DNA of 63,747 bases, the filler included, from Klebsormidium nitens (taxonomy: Eukaryota; Plantae; Klebsormidiophyceae), in the NCBI GenBank assembly GCA_000708835.1. It is 6 parts of 6 records of this genome, joined end to end, with 100 filler letters (N's around TTAATTAATTAA, not from the genome) between each part and the next. Parts side by side here need not be neighbours in the genome. Positions count along the whole stretch, not along the records: positions 1 to 15,384 come from DF238017.1; 5 more parts are not named here. One strand, 5' to 3'. A program made the translations under genes and the position numbers. Under the pieces are notes generated by a model, which did no database searches, was not told the origin of the DNA, and saw only the letters and a list, made by a program, of their open reading frames with translations. Of this stretch, positions 1 through 11,296 are shown one piece after another (position 1 is the stretch's first letter; each line of letters opens with the position of its first letter).

Positions 1-1
1 C

Positions 2-829
2 TCGGACTTCGGGTTCGGGGGATCCCTCCACCTCGCCGGTAGCCCCCCCTTCCACGTGGCAGGATCATTAACCGAGGCGGAAGCTACCCAGTCCAGCACA
101 GCGCGAGAGATGATTGGATTCCTAAGAATCCTTCAACAAGCCGTGCTTCTCCACCGCCCCCTCCTCTCCGGGGCAGCAGTTTTGTTGGTTGGCGATAACC
201 AGGGCGCGGTGGCCGCCGTTAACAGTATGCGCAGCGCGGCGCCGGACGTCCACGCCGTCCTCCAGGAAATCTTTACGCTCTGCTCAGAGGTAGATTTCGA
301 CGTACTCGCCCAATGGAAACCGCGGGCGGAGCTGGCTGTACAAGATGCGCTCAGCCGAGTTCCGGACGCTTCGGACTGGGGCCTTGCCCCGGCAGTCTTG
401 CAAGCTGCCTTCTCACTCTTCGGGCGGCCTGACGTGGACCTTTTTGCGTCCGACACGTGGCACGTGGCAGAGAGGTTCGTGACCCCTCGCTATATGCCAG
501 GCTGCTTTGCAGTCGACGCCCTCCGCATAGACTGGAGGACCCTTGTAGACAGAAACGAAACGGCGTGGATCTTCCCACCGGTTAGGGCATTGCCCAGTGT
601 AATTCAGTCCCTGCGTAACTTCAGGACTGACGTGATTCTGGTGGTACCAGAGGCGAACACCACCAATTGGTGGCTAGAGCTGATGCACCTAGGCAGCGAG
701 GCGACTGTGGCAGGTCCGTTAGAGATTGAGCGGTCTACAAACGCATGCATCCCAAGCAGGCGGGTGCCTGCCGGGACCGTGAACCCCGCTCTGTACAAGC
801 TTAGAGTATTCAAGATTAACTGGAAATAG
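2..829 (+). CDS. DIRS-type pol C-terminus: RNase H plus DAM-like methyltransferase (MT) domain; 5' end outside the window
   Basis: Frame is open from base 2 (SDFGFGG, RNase H first-Asp context). SSTARE, DNQGAVAAVN and QWKPRAELAVQDALSR match DIRS RNase H; DWGL..VDLFAS..AWIFPP..VILVVP..NWW matches the DIRS MT domain. Confidence 0.9.
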   Translation, partial: SDFGFGGSLHLAGSPPFHVAGSLTEAEATQSSTAREMIGFLRILQQAVLLHRPLLSGAAVLLVGDNQGAVAAVNSMRSAAPDVHAVLQEIFTLCSEVDFDVLAQWKPRAELAVQDALSRVPDASDWGLAPAVLQAAFSLFGRPDVDLFASDTWHVAERFVTPRYMPGCFAVDALRIDWRTLVDRNETAWIFPPVRALPSVIQSLRNFRTDVILVVPEANTTNWWLELMHLGSEATVAGPLEIERSTNACIPSRRVPAGTVNPALYKLRVFKINWK

Positions 830-1079
830 GAGGCGTAGGTAACAGCAAGGTACGCAGAAAGATGATGCAGGCGGCAGTCAAAGTTAGCCCTGTAAAGTGA
901 AAGTTGTCTTTAAGCTCTCATTGAGCGCTACGCACATGAAACATTCAGAGTGAACGCAAGTCGCAATTCGTCACGTTATTCAGCCAATGGCATATGCGTC
1001 AGGACATATCATTTGTTGTATTGAATCTTTGACGGCTGTGCATCGAATCGCTGCAACAAATTTGGAGTCGAATCAGTCT

Positions 1080-2219
1080 TTATTTGCGCCACACTTCCTC
1101 TACGTATAGTCGGAAGGCGGAATAAGATTTCCAACGGCCTAACTCCATCAACTCCTTAATGTTGTAGTTCAGGTTTACCGCGGCGTGCTGAACAGCGGAC
1201 CGACGGAAACTGTGCACGGTTTCACCTTCGAACAACCCCGCTTCTTTAAGCCGCCTCTGCAGCCTTTTCCTAAGTGTATCACTGCTCATCGGCTCATTAA
1301 CGAAGCCGGTCCGGCTTCTGTTCATGGCCCGGAACAGGAACCCTTCTTCGCCAACCGCATGCCCAGCTTCTACCATTCCGAGGAGCAGCGCCTCAGCAGC
1401 CTCCACGAAGGTCAGCCGATCCTGCGAGTCCGGCGCCGCAAGCGGAATCCGCGCACTCGGCTCCTGCCGGACTGTCTTACTCCAACCCGGGTAGGCCGCC
1501 TGCTCCTCTAACTCCACTTGCCGTCGTTGCAGCTGCCCACACTCCTTCCCGCGCGCAAGTGTCTCCCAGAGGTACAAGACAGCCGCTTGGTCGGACAGCA
1601 GCACGCACCGTTCCAGGCCCGGTGAACTTTCTCGGAGAAGCCGCGCTAGATGCGCTAGCAAAGCGTCCAGCTTCACCTCGGTGAAGACTTTCGCCCGCTG
1701 AACTCTCACCCCCTGCTCGTGCAACAATTTTTCGTAACCCACACGAAAGGATTTCACCACCTCCGCTTTCGCAGGATTGTTCCGCCCTTCGTAGCCGAGG
1801 AGAGAGTAGGACTTCGACAGGTCCTTGACCACGTGGGTTACCGCGGAAGCTGACGGAACGGTTTTTCCTGTCCCTGGCAGCTTGGTCCGGCACCCGGCAC
1901 TATGGCTGGGGATCCAGTCCCCCATAACAAACGCTCCCACATCCGCAGAAGTAGCGGTCTCGACCGTGACGCCGAAGGCATTACGAGCGAGGAACTCCTG
2001 GTACTGCTGAAAAGTCCGTTTCCGACTACTGTTGCTCGCTTCGTTAACACTCTTCTCCGCGATCTTTCCGAAGCTATTGAGAGCCCCCTCATAAAACCGC
2101 TGCGTCTCCCCCGCACTCATTCTCTCACTTGCTGTGCAGCTCCCACCCAAGCCCACCCCACGGATGGCGCGCAACTGCGCCTCGCACTTCCGCTGGAACT
2201 CCTCCCTGCAAAACACCAC
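1080..2219 (-). CDS. Tyrosine recombinase of the DIRS-like element, convergent with pol
   Basis: 379-aa intronless ORF with LARGKE (catalytic R), WSKT (K), HSFRR (HxxR) and GRWKSYSAFRLY (W, Y). Confidence 0.9.
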   Translation of the reverse strand: MVFCREEFQRKCEAQLRAIRGVGLGGSCTASERMSAGETQRFYEGALNSFGKIAEKSVNEASNSSRKRTFQQYQEFLARNAFGVTVETATSADVGAFVMGDWIPSHSAGCRTKLPGTGKTVPSASAVTHVVKDLSKSYSLLGYEGRNNPAKAEVVKSFRVGYEKLLHEQGVRVQRAKVFTEVKLDALLAHLARLLRESSPGLERCVLLSDQAAVLYLWETLARGKECGQLQRRQVELEEQAAYPGWSKTVRQEPSARIPLAAPDSQDRLTFVEAAEALLLGMVEAGHAVGEEGFLFRAMNRSRTGFVNEPMSSDTLRKRLQRRLKEAGLFEGETVHSFRRSAVQHAAVNLNYNIKELMELGRWKSYSAFRLYVEEVWRK

Positions 2220-2274
2220 TGAACACTGTTATTTCCAATAATTGTCGTTTGGGCAAACGATTGTCTTTTTGGGG

Positions 2275-3256
2275 CGGCGTCTTCGGCACTTCGGAGGCGC
2301 TTTGCAGCCGTCCGGGCGCCCCCCAACACCCCTATCGGAAGGTTGACATTGAATGGGACTGACATCTCTAACCTTATGATTGGTCAGAAAAGTGTTCTTA
2401 TGATTTTAGTCATCGGAATGCTCGCGCGTCGAGCGATGAACAGCCAGCGGCCGCAGTTCCGTTGGATTACGCAGGAAATTTAAGCGCGGAATGCGTCACC
2501 CCGCATCATAGCTGTGCGCATGACCGGGGTTTAGACCACCGCGGCCGCCTGACCGCACGCACCGCGCGCGGCCGCAAGAAGACGCGCTGGCGACCGCGGG
2601 CAGCCCTCACCGACAGGGAGACGTCTTGTTCAAGTAAAGAAGACGTCCTCCTTGCTTTCGAACATTACAGAGAGAGCGCCAGTGGCGCCTCCTAGCTAAC
2701 TCTACGCTTCTTTCGAGAAGCTTCGCTTCGACCCTTCCCACCCACCCTGGAAAACAATTTAAAAGCTTAATCACTTACCTCTCCTCTGCTTCCTCTGCCA
2801 GCCGGCCCAGCTCTGCTAATGCAGCCTCCATGAGTCAACCGCCACTGCGCCTGCTGTACTCCACGTTCCTGAGCGTTACCAAGGCAGTGACGTCTAACTT
2901 ATTTGATTCTCCTTATCGCCTGCGGCGGCCCATCGACGCGCGCGCCCATCCCCCCAAACCCCGACGCCTCCCGACCGTCGATTTCGACACCGCGAATGTC
3001 AACACCACTAAATGTCAACCTTCGGTCCGCGGCGACCCCCGGCGCCCAATTCCACGCACCCGGTCGCCGTACTGTCCCGGACGCTCATACGCTGTCCTCT
3101 GGTGCCCCTATGCCTTACCCGGCGTCTTCGGCACTTCAGAGGCGCTTTGCAGCCGTCCGGGCGCCCCCCAACACCCCTATCGGAAGGTTGACATTGAATG
3201 GGACTGACATCTCTAACCTTATGATTGGTCAGAAAAGTGTTCTTATGATTTTAGTC
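2275..3256 (+). repeat. 137-bp direct repeat pair at 2275-2411 and 3120-3256 (1 mismatch), candidate split-direct-repeat B1/B2
   Basis: Direct alignment CGGCGTCTTCGGCACTTC...TGATTTTAGTC, offset 845 bp. Confidence 0.95.
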
Positions 3257-4834
3257 TTCATGTCCGATAGACTCCCGTCTTCTCCAGAGCCACCAGGGGA
3301 TAGGCCAGGCCCAAGCTGCAACCCTGTACTGACTTGCAGGTTCGTGCCCCTTCTTCAACATTGCCAGTTAATTTAAACTCCAGAGTTTCGACGGAAGCTT
3401 AGGTTGAGGGCGGTTTTTGTGAACCAAGTCTGCAGGTTCAAGCTCAGCTGCAAAAGCGTTCTTTACAAACGCCAATCAAAATTGACTTGTCATGTTGAGT
3501 GGCGCCTTACGCATTGTAGCCTAGCTGCAATGGCGCGCTGCGTCAGCCTGCTAACGCCTTGCGCTAAGTGCGCCAGCTGTTGGTGGCTTGAACGAATCAC
3601 TGGGTGGTTGCACCACATTGCACGGCGCAGCTGGCAGCTGCAAGAAGTGGTGCTGCTTGGCGTTTTTCAGCTGCTGTTTGAGCTGGTAGTGCAAGTTGGC
3701 GCTGGCAAGAGCTGGCGCCGGCCGGCAGCAGGTGACTTTGTTTCAGGGGTAGATGCTGAGCTGGCGGCGGCAGGAGCTGGCGCGGTGGTGGCATGGCATG
3801 GCCGCCTCAAGTCACCATGTTTGCCATGTGGCTAATATCCACCTCAGCTTGGAAGCTCCAAGAACCATCTTCAGAAACAGAGAGGTGCTTAGTCCTGCAT
3901 AGAAGCATCTTCAAGGGGCAGAGCATGCAAGAAGAGCAGCAAGGAAAAAACGTCTAGTTGTCTTGACACGGGGGGCAGAGACGCACAAGCACAATAAGAG
4001 CGGCACGCTCCTGTCAGCGATTGGTAAGTACCAATTTTCTCTCCAATGCCTGTGCTGTCACCATGTCAATCGTTTTTGATATGCTCTGCATGCTCTGCTT
4101 TTCTGGTCAAGAGAAGGATCACGGCACATGCAAGACAAGTGCCGGGGTCTGGCGCCAGTGGCGTTGCTCTATTGTGCGCTTGCTTTTGGACTGATTGGGA
4201 TCTTGCTGGGGCTGAGGCCCGCTGTCTCATTGAGATGGTGCTCTATGTTAGAGCTGCTTTGCAGCCGATTGTCGGGCTGACGCCACTGCTGTTGTTGATT
4301 GTGCGCATGCTTTGGGGCTGATTGGGGCTTGCCAAGGAGCCGTTTTTGGACCTTGCTAGGGCTGAGGCCCCCTGTCTCGTACAAGGTTGTGCTCTCTGTT
4401 GGAGTTGCTTCGCAACCTTGCTTGCTATGGGCCTATTAATAGGTGCTTGCCATGGGCTTAATTTGTCGCGCGCTGTTGGGTGGACTTGGGGCCCGCTGTG
4501 GAGCTGCTTTCAGACCCTCTGTCAAGCTGGCGTTTTGCTCAGTCTGGGGCTGAATTGGCAAGTGCTATGAGGCTGATTTGTCGTGCTGTTTCGAGCTGAC
4601 TTGGGGTTCGCTGTGGGGCTTCTTTCGGGCTCGGCGCTGTCGGACTGACGTGTTGCTTGCAGTGGGGCTGATCTGTTGCTTTGTTGGGCTGATTGGTGCC
4701 TCCTGTGGGCTGCTTTCAGGCCGCTGATCCAGGGCCTACTGAAAACAAGCCAAAATCTTTTTCCATGTTTCAAGGTCCATGCTCACAGTGCCACGTGAGC
4801 ACTGACTCGATCTCCGCGCCTTGAATTGCAGACG

Positions 4835-7800
4835 ATGGAACAGTATGAGCCTTCAAGCCCGGCCTACTCTTGCCAAGGAGCATCCAAGGAAGGGACGACC
4901 AAGCGACCGGCAAACAAGAAGCGTCGGCGCAACAACGTGAGGGATCCACAGCTCCACGACACAGCTACCTCCAACGGCGGGCCCAGTCTTGAAGAGATGC
5001 AGGTGAGTACAGCTCTAGCCTCGCCCGGTTGCTCAGATATGCTTTCGATATCTCATGATTGTAGACAATTTTGTGCATGCTTTGAAATGGAGATGTGACA
5101 ATCTGCTGTGCGCCAAGTGGTGTGGCATGGTAGCTTGGTTCTTGCGCACTTGGATGTGTCCAAAACTGGCAGCTTTCTCGCACTTGATCAGCCGTCAAGA
5201 TTGTTTTAAAAAGTCACCCCATGTTGCTGAAGCTTTGATACCTCGGACGCTCAGCAGCAAACAACCGATGCATGTACATCTCTCATCTCTTCCAGGTCAA
5301 TGAAACCCAAGCTAGGGAAGTGCTCAAAGCACGGCCCGAACTCTTGGAAGCGATGCCACAGGATGACCAGGGTGGAGGGGAGATTGACAGCGCCCCTGAT
5401 GCGGTAAGACTGGATGCATTGAAGCCATTTTTCCAAACCTGATTGGCAAACAGGGCACCAACTCGAGCGCCTTGTCTGTCGTCAGCTGCGTCTCTTGCTT
5501 GGCTTAAGGTGGACAAAAACCAACAGCAAATTGGTTCTATTCCCTTCTCATTAAGCCCCCTTCCCAGCAGACAAGGCGAACAGCAAAGACTAGTGGAACT
5601 TCTACTGTAGCTGGCCGGCTACTGCTGCCCTCCTCTGGTAGACACTTTAGACAGAGATACGCGTCTCTTCTGTTGTCATTCCTCATTTTATGCTCTCCCT
5701 CTCCAGGCAAAAAGTGCCTCTGTAGAAGAAGGACCCTGCTCGCTTAAGCTTTGGCCTGATGCAAGCGCGCACACTGCATATCATCATATGGACGAGGCAG
5801 AGGGCAGCGCTGCCGATGGTGTGCAGCCGATGCTGACCCCCGTGAGGATCAAAGTGAGAACAACATCTTGAAAGCCCGATTCTCCCTTAGTAACAGCAGA
5901 CAGGATGAACGGCAGAGACACGTGGTTTGCTATCGCCGCCCCAAGCCTCACGCACTCTGCTGTCTGTGCTCGGGCTAACGGGAAGGACAGGAAAGACAGG
6001 TCTTTCTCATGTCGAGATTCACAATTTCGTGCTCTCTCTTTGCAGGTGACAGGCAGTTCTAAGGAGAAAGGGGGTGGGTCGCCTGGTGCAAGCGCGCACA
6101 TGGAAGGTCGCGTGCACGCTGTGGAAGGTGGCGCCGCCGATGGTGCACAAACAAGCGGGGTAAGTCTTGACGAAACACCGGTCAAACGACCCAACTCTTA
6201 TGCACCCCTTGCGCTTGGGACTCTTCCTGAAGGAGCAACAAACAGGACGGACAGCAGAGACACGTGTGTCTTCTATCGTTGCCCATGTTCTCAAGCATGT
6301 CGCCGTCTGTGCTTTGATGGACAGGACGGACAGCAAAGACACTTTTCCTTCCTGTCGCCGTTCATACTTGTGTGCACTTGGCCGTCTGTGCTCTGGCAGG
6401 CAGGTAGAAGAGACAGCAAGGACCGCAAAGCAACGTGATCCTCCTGTCCTTGTTCATGACTCGCTCCTTTCCCCCTGCAGGTGGCATGCGTTTCTGCAAA
6501 AGAAGGGGGTGATTTGCCTGGTGCAAATGCGTGCATGGAAGAGAATGCCGGAGCTAGCGATGCGGAGTCGCAAGCGGACTCGTCCTGCAACCCGGGGGCC
6601 GGGGGGAGCTCCGAGCCGGCGTCTCCTTTCGAGGAACCGGACCTGGCGGACCCCGAGCTTCGGTCGGAGGTGGTGCGCGAGCTCGAGAAGCTGCTGTCGA
6701 CCTGGGGCGACAACACCTCGATCTTCTGCGCCGCCAAGCCGTCCTCCACGGGCCCTGGGGCCGTCTACGAATTCTGGATCGCGCCTGGCGGCCGCGTGAC
6801 GTGCCCCTACTTTCCGGCATCTCGCGCGAGGGTGCACGACAGCACCAACTTCGGGCTTCTGCGGCGGGGGTTCGAGGTGACGTACATCTGCCACGGAGAG
6901 AGCTGCAAGGCCACCCCGCGGTCGGGCAACTTTCGCCTGGGCGTCCTCATTCTGCCAATTGCCGCGGCCTTTGGCGACAGCCAGCCCTTGAACAGTGAGA
7001 GGGACCACCTGTACTCCGACCGGCAGCTGCTGCCGCTGCCCTTCCTTCGAGAGAATCTGAACGTCAAGAAAGGTGAGTCGAATGGTTATCAATCAGTGCT
7101 CACTGTTTCTCGTGAAGGCGTGACTGGAAGTCACGCCTATGAAGCTCTTAAGTTACAGCTTGCAATACTACCCCTTTCTTTGAGAATGCTGTGGTAGGCC
7201 AGGCCTACGGTTGCTACCTACAATCGCATTCTAGGTTTCTACTCTTTGCTCGCTTAACTCGAGCATACTTGCAGATGTCATTTTGCCCTTTGATAACGTG
7301 ATAACTTCTAGGAAGCACTTCTTGTTTGTATTTGTGCACATGAGATTTCTGTATCTCTCTGGACTTGGATAGCAATAGTTGCTGCCAAGCTACAACTGGT
7401 CACTCCCTAAGGCTCCTTTTCAGTGATTCTCGCACGTTTCTGTTCTTCAGTCTGACAGCAATAGTAGCTCTCGAGCTATGATTGGTCCCTACAACTGCTT
7501 TTTAGCTACAAATCTCGCACTTTGTGCGTGCCCTTTACTTCTGCAAAGCTGTTGGCGAGGGTATGTAGTGCTTCTTCCTCAAACAGAGAGTTCTTTGTAC
7601 CTGCAGGAGACGTTGGTGGCGCCATCATCCTGGAGCGCCTCTACGTGCGGACGGGCCTGAAGTTTGCCTTCACCTCCTCGGGCTCGTTCTATTGGTCCGG
7701 TCGCTGCTGGGCCAAGGACGAGAGCGGCGGCCGGATCCTGCGGGTGCTCCGCGAGGAGCTCTCCAAGATCGAGGCCGCGTACATGCAAGAAGCAGAACAG

Positions 7801-10313
7801 GGGGAGGGAGAAGGGCGTTCGATCGTCATGGCCGACGGACCGGCAGGCGATGAAGACAGCGGGTTGGGCGCGAAGGGAGGCCCTCCAATCAGGTCGAAGC
7901 CGGCGGGTGGCGGGAAGCAGTCCAAGCCGGAGAAGGAGGAGAGGCTGATCAACATCAATTTCAATGCAAAGATGTCCAATATCCTGGGCACGTGCAAGGA
8001 ATACTTCTATCAGCCCGGCTTCCAGTCCCTCCTGGACGTGCAGAAGGACTTTCTGGCTGTGGCGAACGGCGTCATCGACTTGCGGACTGGCGAGCTGCTC
8101 CCGCATTACCCCCGAGTGAGTGATGATTTCGTGCTCGCGCAAAGATGCAGATCAGGCTAGGGACTTCATCGAGAAGTTTGGATCATGGAGGCATTGGCCA
8201 GATCCACCGGCCAGCCGGTAGACCTCCTTATTCAATCGACTAGCACTAGGCCGAACCCTTTCAAAGGCTCTGGCGACTCTCCTAGCCCTTGCTCCCCAAG
8301 GGTTGCTTTTGTTGTGAAGCCCTCGGCAGATGAGATTGCCGTTTGTGCCGTCTTTGCTGTCCGACATTCTCATGGGTCTGCAATTTGCACTGCAGTTCAT
8401 GAACAGCCGGGTGATCGACTGGCCGTACCCTTGCGCTGGGTTGTCATTTCCGAGGGGCGACATGGTACGGTTCTTGGAGGACATCATGCACGCCTCCGGA
8501 GAGGATGGGCCGGCCGCTCTGGAGCACCTCCAGGTACTGCTGGGGTACGGGCTGACTGGTCATACAAGCAATCAGGTAGGTGCTCCTTTCAAGTGCTTCA
8601 TGGACTTGATGTATTCACGGGCTCCTTGAAACTTCAACAGCCCAACAATCGCATGAGGTCTTTGGCCATTAGCACGGGATCCTCATTGACCAATTGCTAT
8701 AAGACCAAATGCTGTGAGACTACGTTGTGAAGGATTGCGAATCTTTGGCCCATCGACTGCCACCCATTTATGCGAAGGTCTCGGCGCTTCCCCCGTTTTG
8801 TGGTGAAGGTCACAACAGAGGACTCTCGTGGAAGGTGGCCCTCCACATCTGCAGCCCTGTGAAGTCTTTTCCTCAAAATACTTCTCAGGTACTGCCGATC
8901 TTTGTTGGCGAGGGGAGTGCAGGCAAGAGCGTTTTCCTCGCCCTGCTGCGCAAGCTCCTCGGCGCCGCCTTCAAGAATGTCGGCAAGGAGATTCTGGTGA
9001 ACTCAAAGGGGCAGCGAGCCGCCCACAAGGGGGCCGCTTCGCCGCTCGAAGCGGGTGAGACTCCACCAGAACGTCCTCTTTCTCCAAAAGTCAAATATGA
9101 TGCTGCATCTCATTCGGTTAGGGATGCATGACAGTTTGTCTGATGGCAAATTATCGTGTTGGTCTTGTCGATCCTGTCTGATCGTCCTGCAAACTACAAT
9201 GTCCTGACTCAGCATTTTACCTCATCGAATATTGTCGGAAATGCAATGATCAGTCCGCCAGCAGATTCTCGTGTCCGTCCTTTCGATCCTGTCTTCTGGG
9301 CTATCCAATCTGTGTGTTTTTATCGGAACATCTTTGCTTTTTGTGCAGGGCTTGCTGGAGCGCTACTAGCGGTGGTCGAAGAGACCGACAGATCCGATAC
9401 GCTTAACGAGGCCGCTATGAAAAAGCTCACCGGCAGCGATGTCATCACCGCTCGGCCTTTGTTTCGGGACTATGTTACCTTCACCGCAACCGTTCTGGTG
9501 AGGCCAATGTATGTTCGTCCGCAATCTATTGCACAGCATGGATTGCGATCGAACTCTTGCACTTGAATGAAGATCAGCAGCAGTAGGACTTGATCTCTTG
9601 TCAGCGGCAAGAGGGCTTGATCTCTTGTGGCATGCTCGAAGTTGCTGAAGTGAGCCAACCAAATTCTGATTGCGCCTTCTTCGCCCCATTTGCAGCTCAT
9701 CATCTGCACGAACTACCTCCCGAGGACGGACAAGACCTGGTCCGTTGCCCTCCGGCGCCGCCTCCAGCTGGTTTGCTTCGTGCGGCGCTACTTCTCGCCC
9801 CACGAGAAGGGGTACGATCCGGCCAACCCGTTGCACGGGCTGGTGGACACGCGACTCCTCACCAAGCTGAGCACCTTGCAGAACATGCAGGAGTTGCTCG
9901 CATGGCTGGTTGCAGGAGCGGTGAAGTGGTACCAGAACGGACAGCAGCTGTACCCCATGCCGAAGCGGAGCATGGACGCCCTGCAGGACTACGAAGAGGC
10001 GGCGGACGATTTCGACAACTTCGTCCTCAACAGCTGCGTCAAGGGCGATGACCTCTTCATCTCGACGAGCGATGCCCTCAAGGTGTACAACGACCCGCAG
10101 AGGATGGTGGGCGGCAAGTGCGTCGGCCATATTCCCTCGCTTGACACCAAGTCGCTGAAGTCGGCAATGAACAACCACGGCTTCTCGGGTCCGGACAAGC
10201 CCAGCAAACTTGGCCTTGGTGTAAAGTATTGCGGCGTAACGGAGCGAGGATATAAGGGTCTTGCGCTGAAAGCCCTAGAGGTTAAGACGGAACAGGAGGA
10301 GAGGAACCATTGA
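4835..10313 (+). CDS. Spliced D5-like SF3 helicase, about 912 aa: low-complexity N-terminus, UL52/PrimPol-type Zn finger, D5_N, SF3 helicase
   Basis: Exons 4835-5002, 5296-5403, 5707-5841, 6046-6159, 6481-7072, 7607-8115, 8396-8575, 8889-9054, 9349-9497, 9696-10313 (2739 nt, GT-AG, phases consistent). Motifs: LAVANGVIDLRTGELLPH (D5_N), LQVLLGYGLTG, Walker A GEGSAGKS, Walker B AVVEE, KKLTGSDVITARPLF, motif C IICTNYLP, Arg finger ALRRRL. The first four exons are less certain. Confidence 0.85.
5890..6430 (+). repeat. Degenerate ~80-bp intronic repeats containing GTCTGTGCT...GGACAGGACGGACAGCA(A/G)AGACAC
   Basis: Copies near 5960-6000, 6240-6270, 6303-6345 and 6381-6430, in introns 3 and 4 of the D5 gene. 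Confidence 0.7.
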
Positions 10314-10399
10314 ATACTCGTGGTTTGGAAGATCGGCCAGGATTGATTGTATTAAGTGAAACTTAAGTACTTTAGGCTGTTGTTTAGTGTGAATGTCGT

Positions 10400-10690
10400 A
10401 TCTTTCCCGGTATGGCCTTACATACATACATATTGGCAATTGGATCCCACAAGGAAAACCTCGTACTACTAATCTGTCATATTCTCTTCTCCAAAAAGTC
10501 CATTACAACATTGCATCTTTTCCGGTATAGCCTTACATACATACATATCATCAATCCAGAACCAAAGGGAAAAGTTTGTACTACTAATCTGTTATAATTC
10601 CTTCCCTGGAGAAGAAAGAAATTATAACGGATTATAGTATAAACTTTTCGGATCTCGGCCGAGGTTGCTAATATGTATGTATCTAAGGTT
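10400..10690. repeat. AT-rich ~80-bp unit: two direct copies (10400-10480, 10515-10598) plus one inverted copy (10621-10688) forming a hairpin
   Basis: CCTTACATACATACATAT...GTACTACTAATCTG repeats at an offset of 115 bp. 10621-10688 (ATTATAACGGATTATAGTATAAACTTTTC...ATATGTATGTATCTAAGG) is the imperfect reverse complement of 10531-10598, with a 22-nt loop. Confidence 0.85.
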
Positions 10691-10769
10691 GGGCCGCCAC
10701 TCTCACATGTCGGCCGGCTTGGTTGTAGCGTACGAGGAATCGTACGACTAAAGCATAAAACGGCTGGAC

Positions 10770-11285
10770 ACGTGTATCTTCTGTCCATCCTGTCCTCCTT
10801 TCAATTCGTTTAATAAAGATTCACAATGTTCAAACAATCTCGGTGGTCCAGTCAAGTGCAAGCCGGACTTGGACACGAGCATTTCCTGTCCGTCCTGTCC
10901 TCCTGTCGACTCGCTCCATGAATTACAATATTCCACTCAGATTAGGTGGTATGGTCAAGTGGGACCCGGACTTAATTGGACACGAGCATCTCATGTCCGT
11001 CCTGTCCTCCTGTCGACTCGCTCCGTGAGTCACAATATTCAACTCATATTAGGTGGTATGGTCAAGTGGGAGCCGAACCTGGACCCGAGCATTTCCCGTT
11101 CGACCTGTCATCCTATTGACTCGCTCCATCAATTACAATTTTTGCAACATATCAGGTGGCATGGACGGTCAAGTGAAAGTCGGCCCCGGACTCGGGCACA
11201 AAGATCACCCGGTCCGTCCCGTCCTCTTGTCGACTCGCTTCATCAATTACAATGTTCGCAACATATGAGGTGGTATGGTTAAGTA
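10770..11285. repeat. Tandem repeat, ~103-114-bp unit, about 5 copies
   Basis: (A/C)GGTGG(T/C) anchor at 10841, 10944, 11051, 11154 and 11268; units carry GTCCGTCCTGTCCTCCTGTCGACTCGCTCC or variants. Confidence 0.9.
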
Positions 11286-11296
11286 TAAGGTGACCT

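Larger units (their letters stand above)
1..3256 (+). mobile_element. DIRS/PAT (kangaroo-like) tyrosine-recombinase retrotransposon, right half
   Basis: RH-MT ORF, inverted YR ORF, then two 137-bp direct repeats ending at 3256. Confidence 0.8.

Noticed and set aside
3400-4780. Minus-strand gene with a repeated ETxGLSPSK peptide
   Set aside because: The short duplication (near 4203 and 4352) is real, but the frames are interrupted by stops and no consistent exon chain could be built.
5568-5637. Extra exon in the D5 gene
   Set aside because: It would end in phase 1 and put the next exon out of frame; skipping it keeps the frame.
9366-10178. Long antisense ORFs (also 6454..7092, 7579..8142, 54725..55594, 61125..61676)
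   Set aside because: They shadow GC3-rich sense exons that carry clear conserved motifs.
10770-11285. CRISPR array, or coding repeat ORF 10869..11282
   Set aside because: Whole units are repeated with no unique spacers; the ORFs in several frames are by-products of the tandem repeat.
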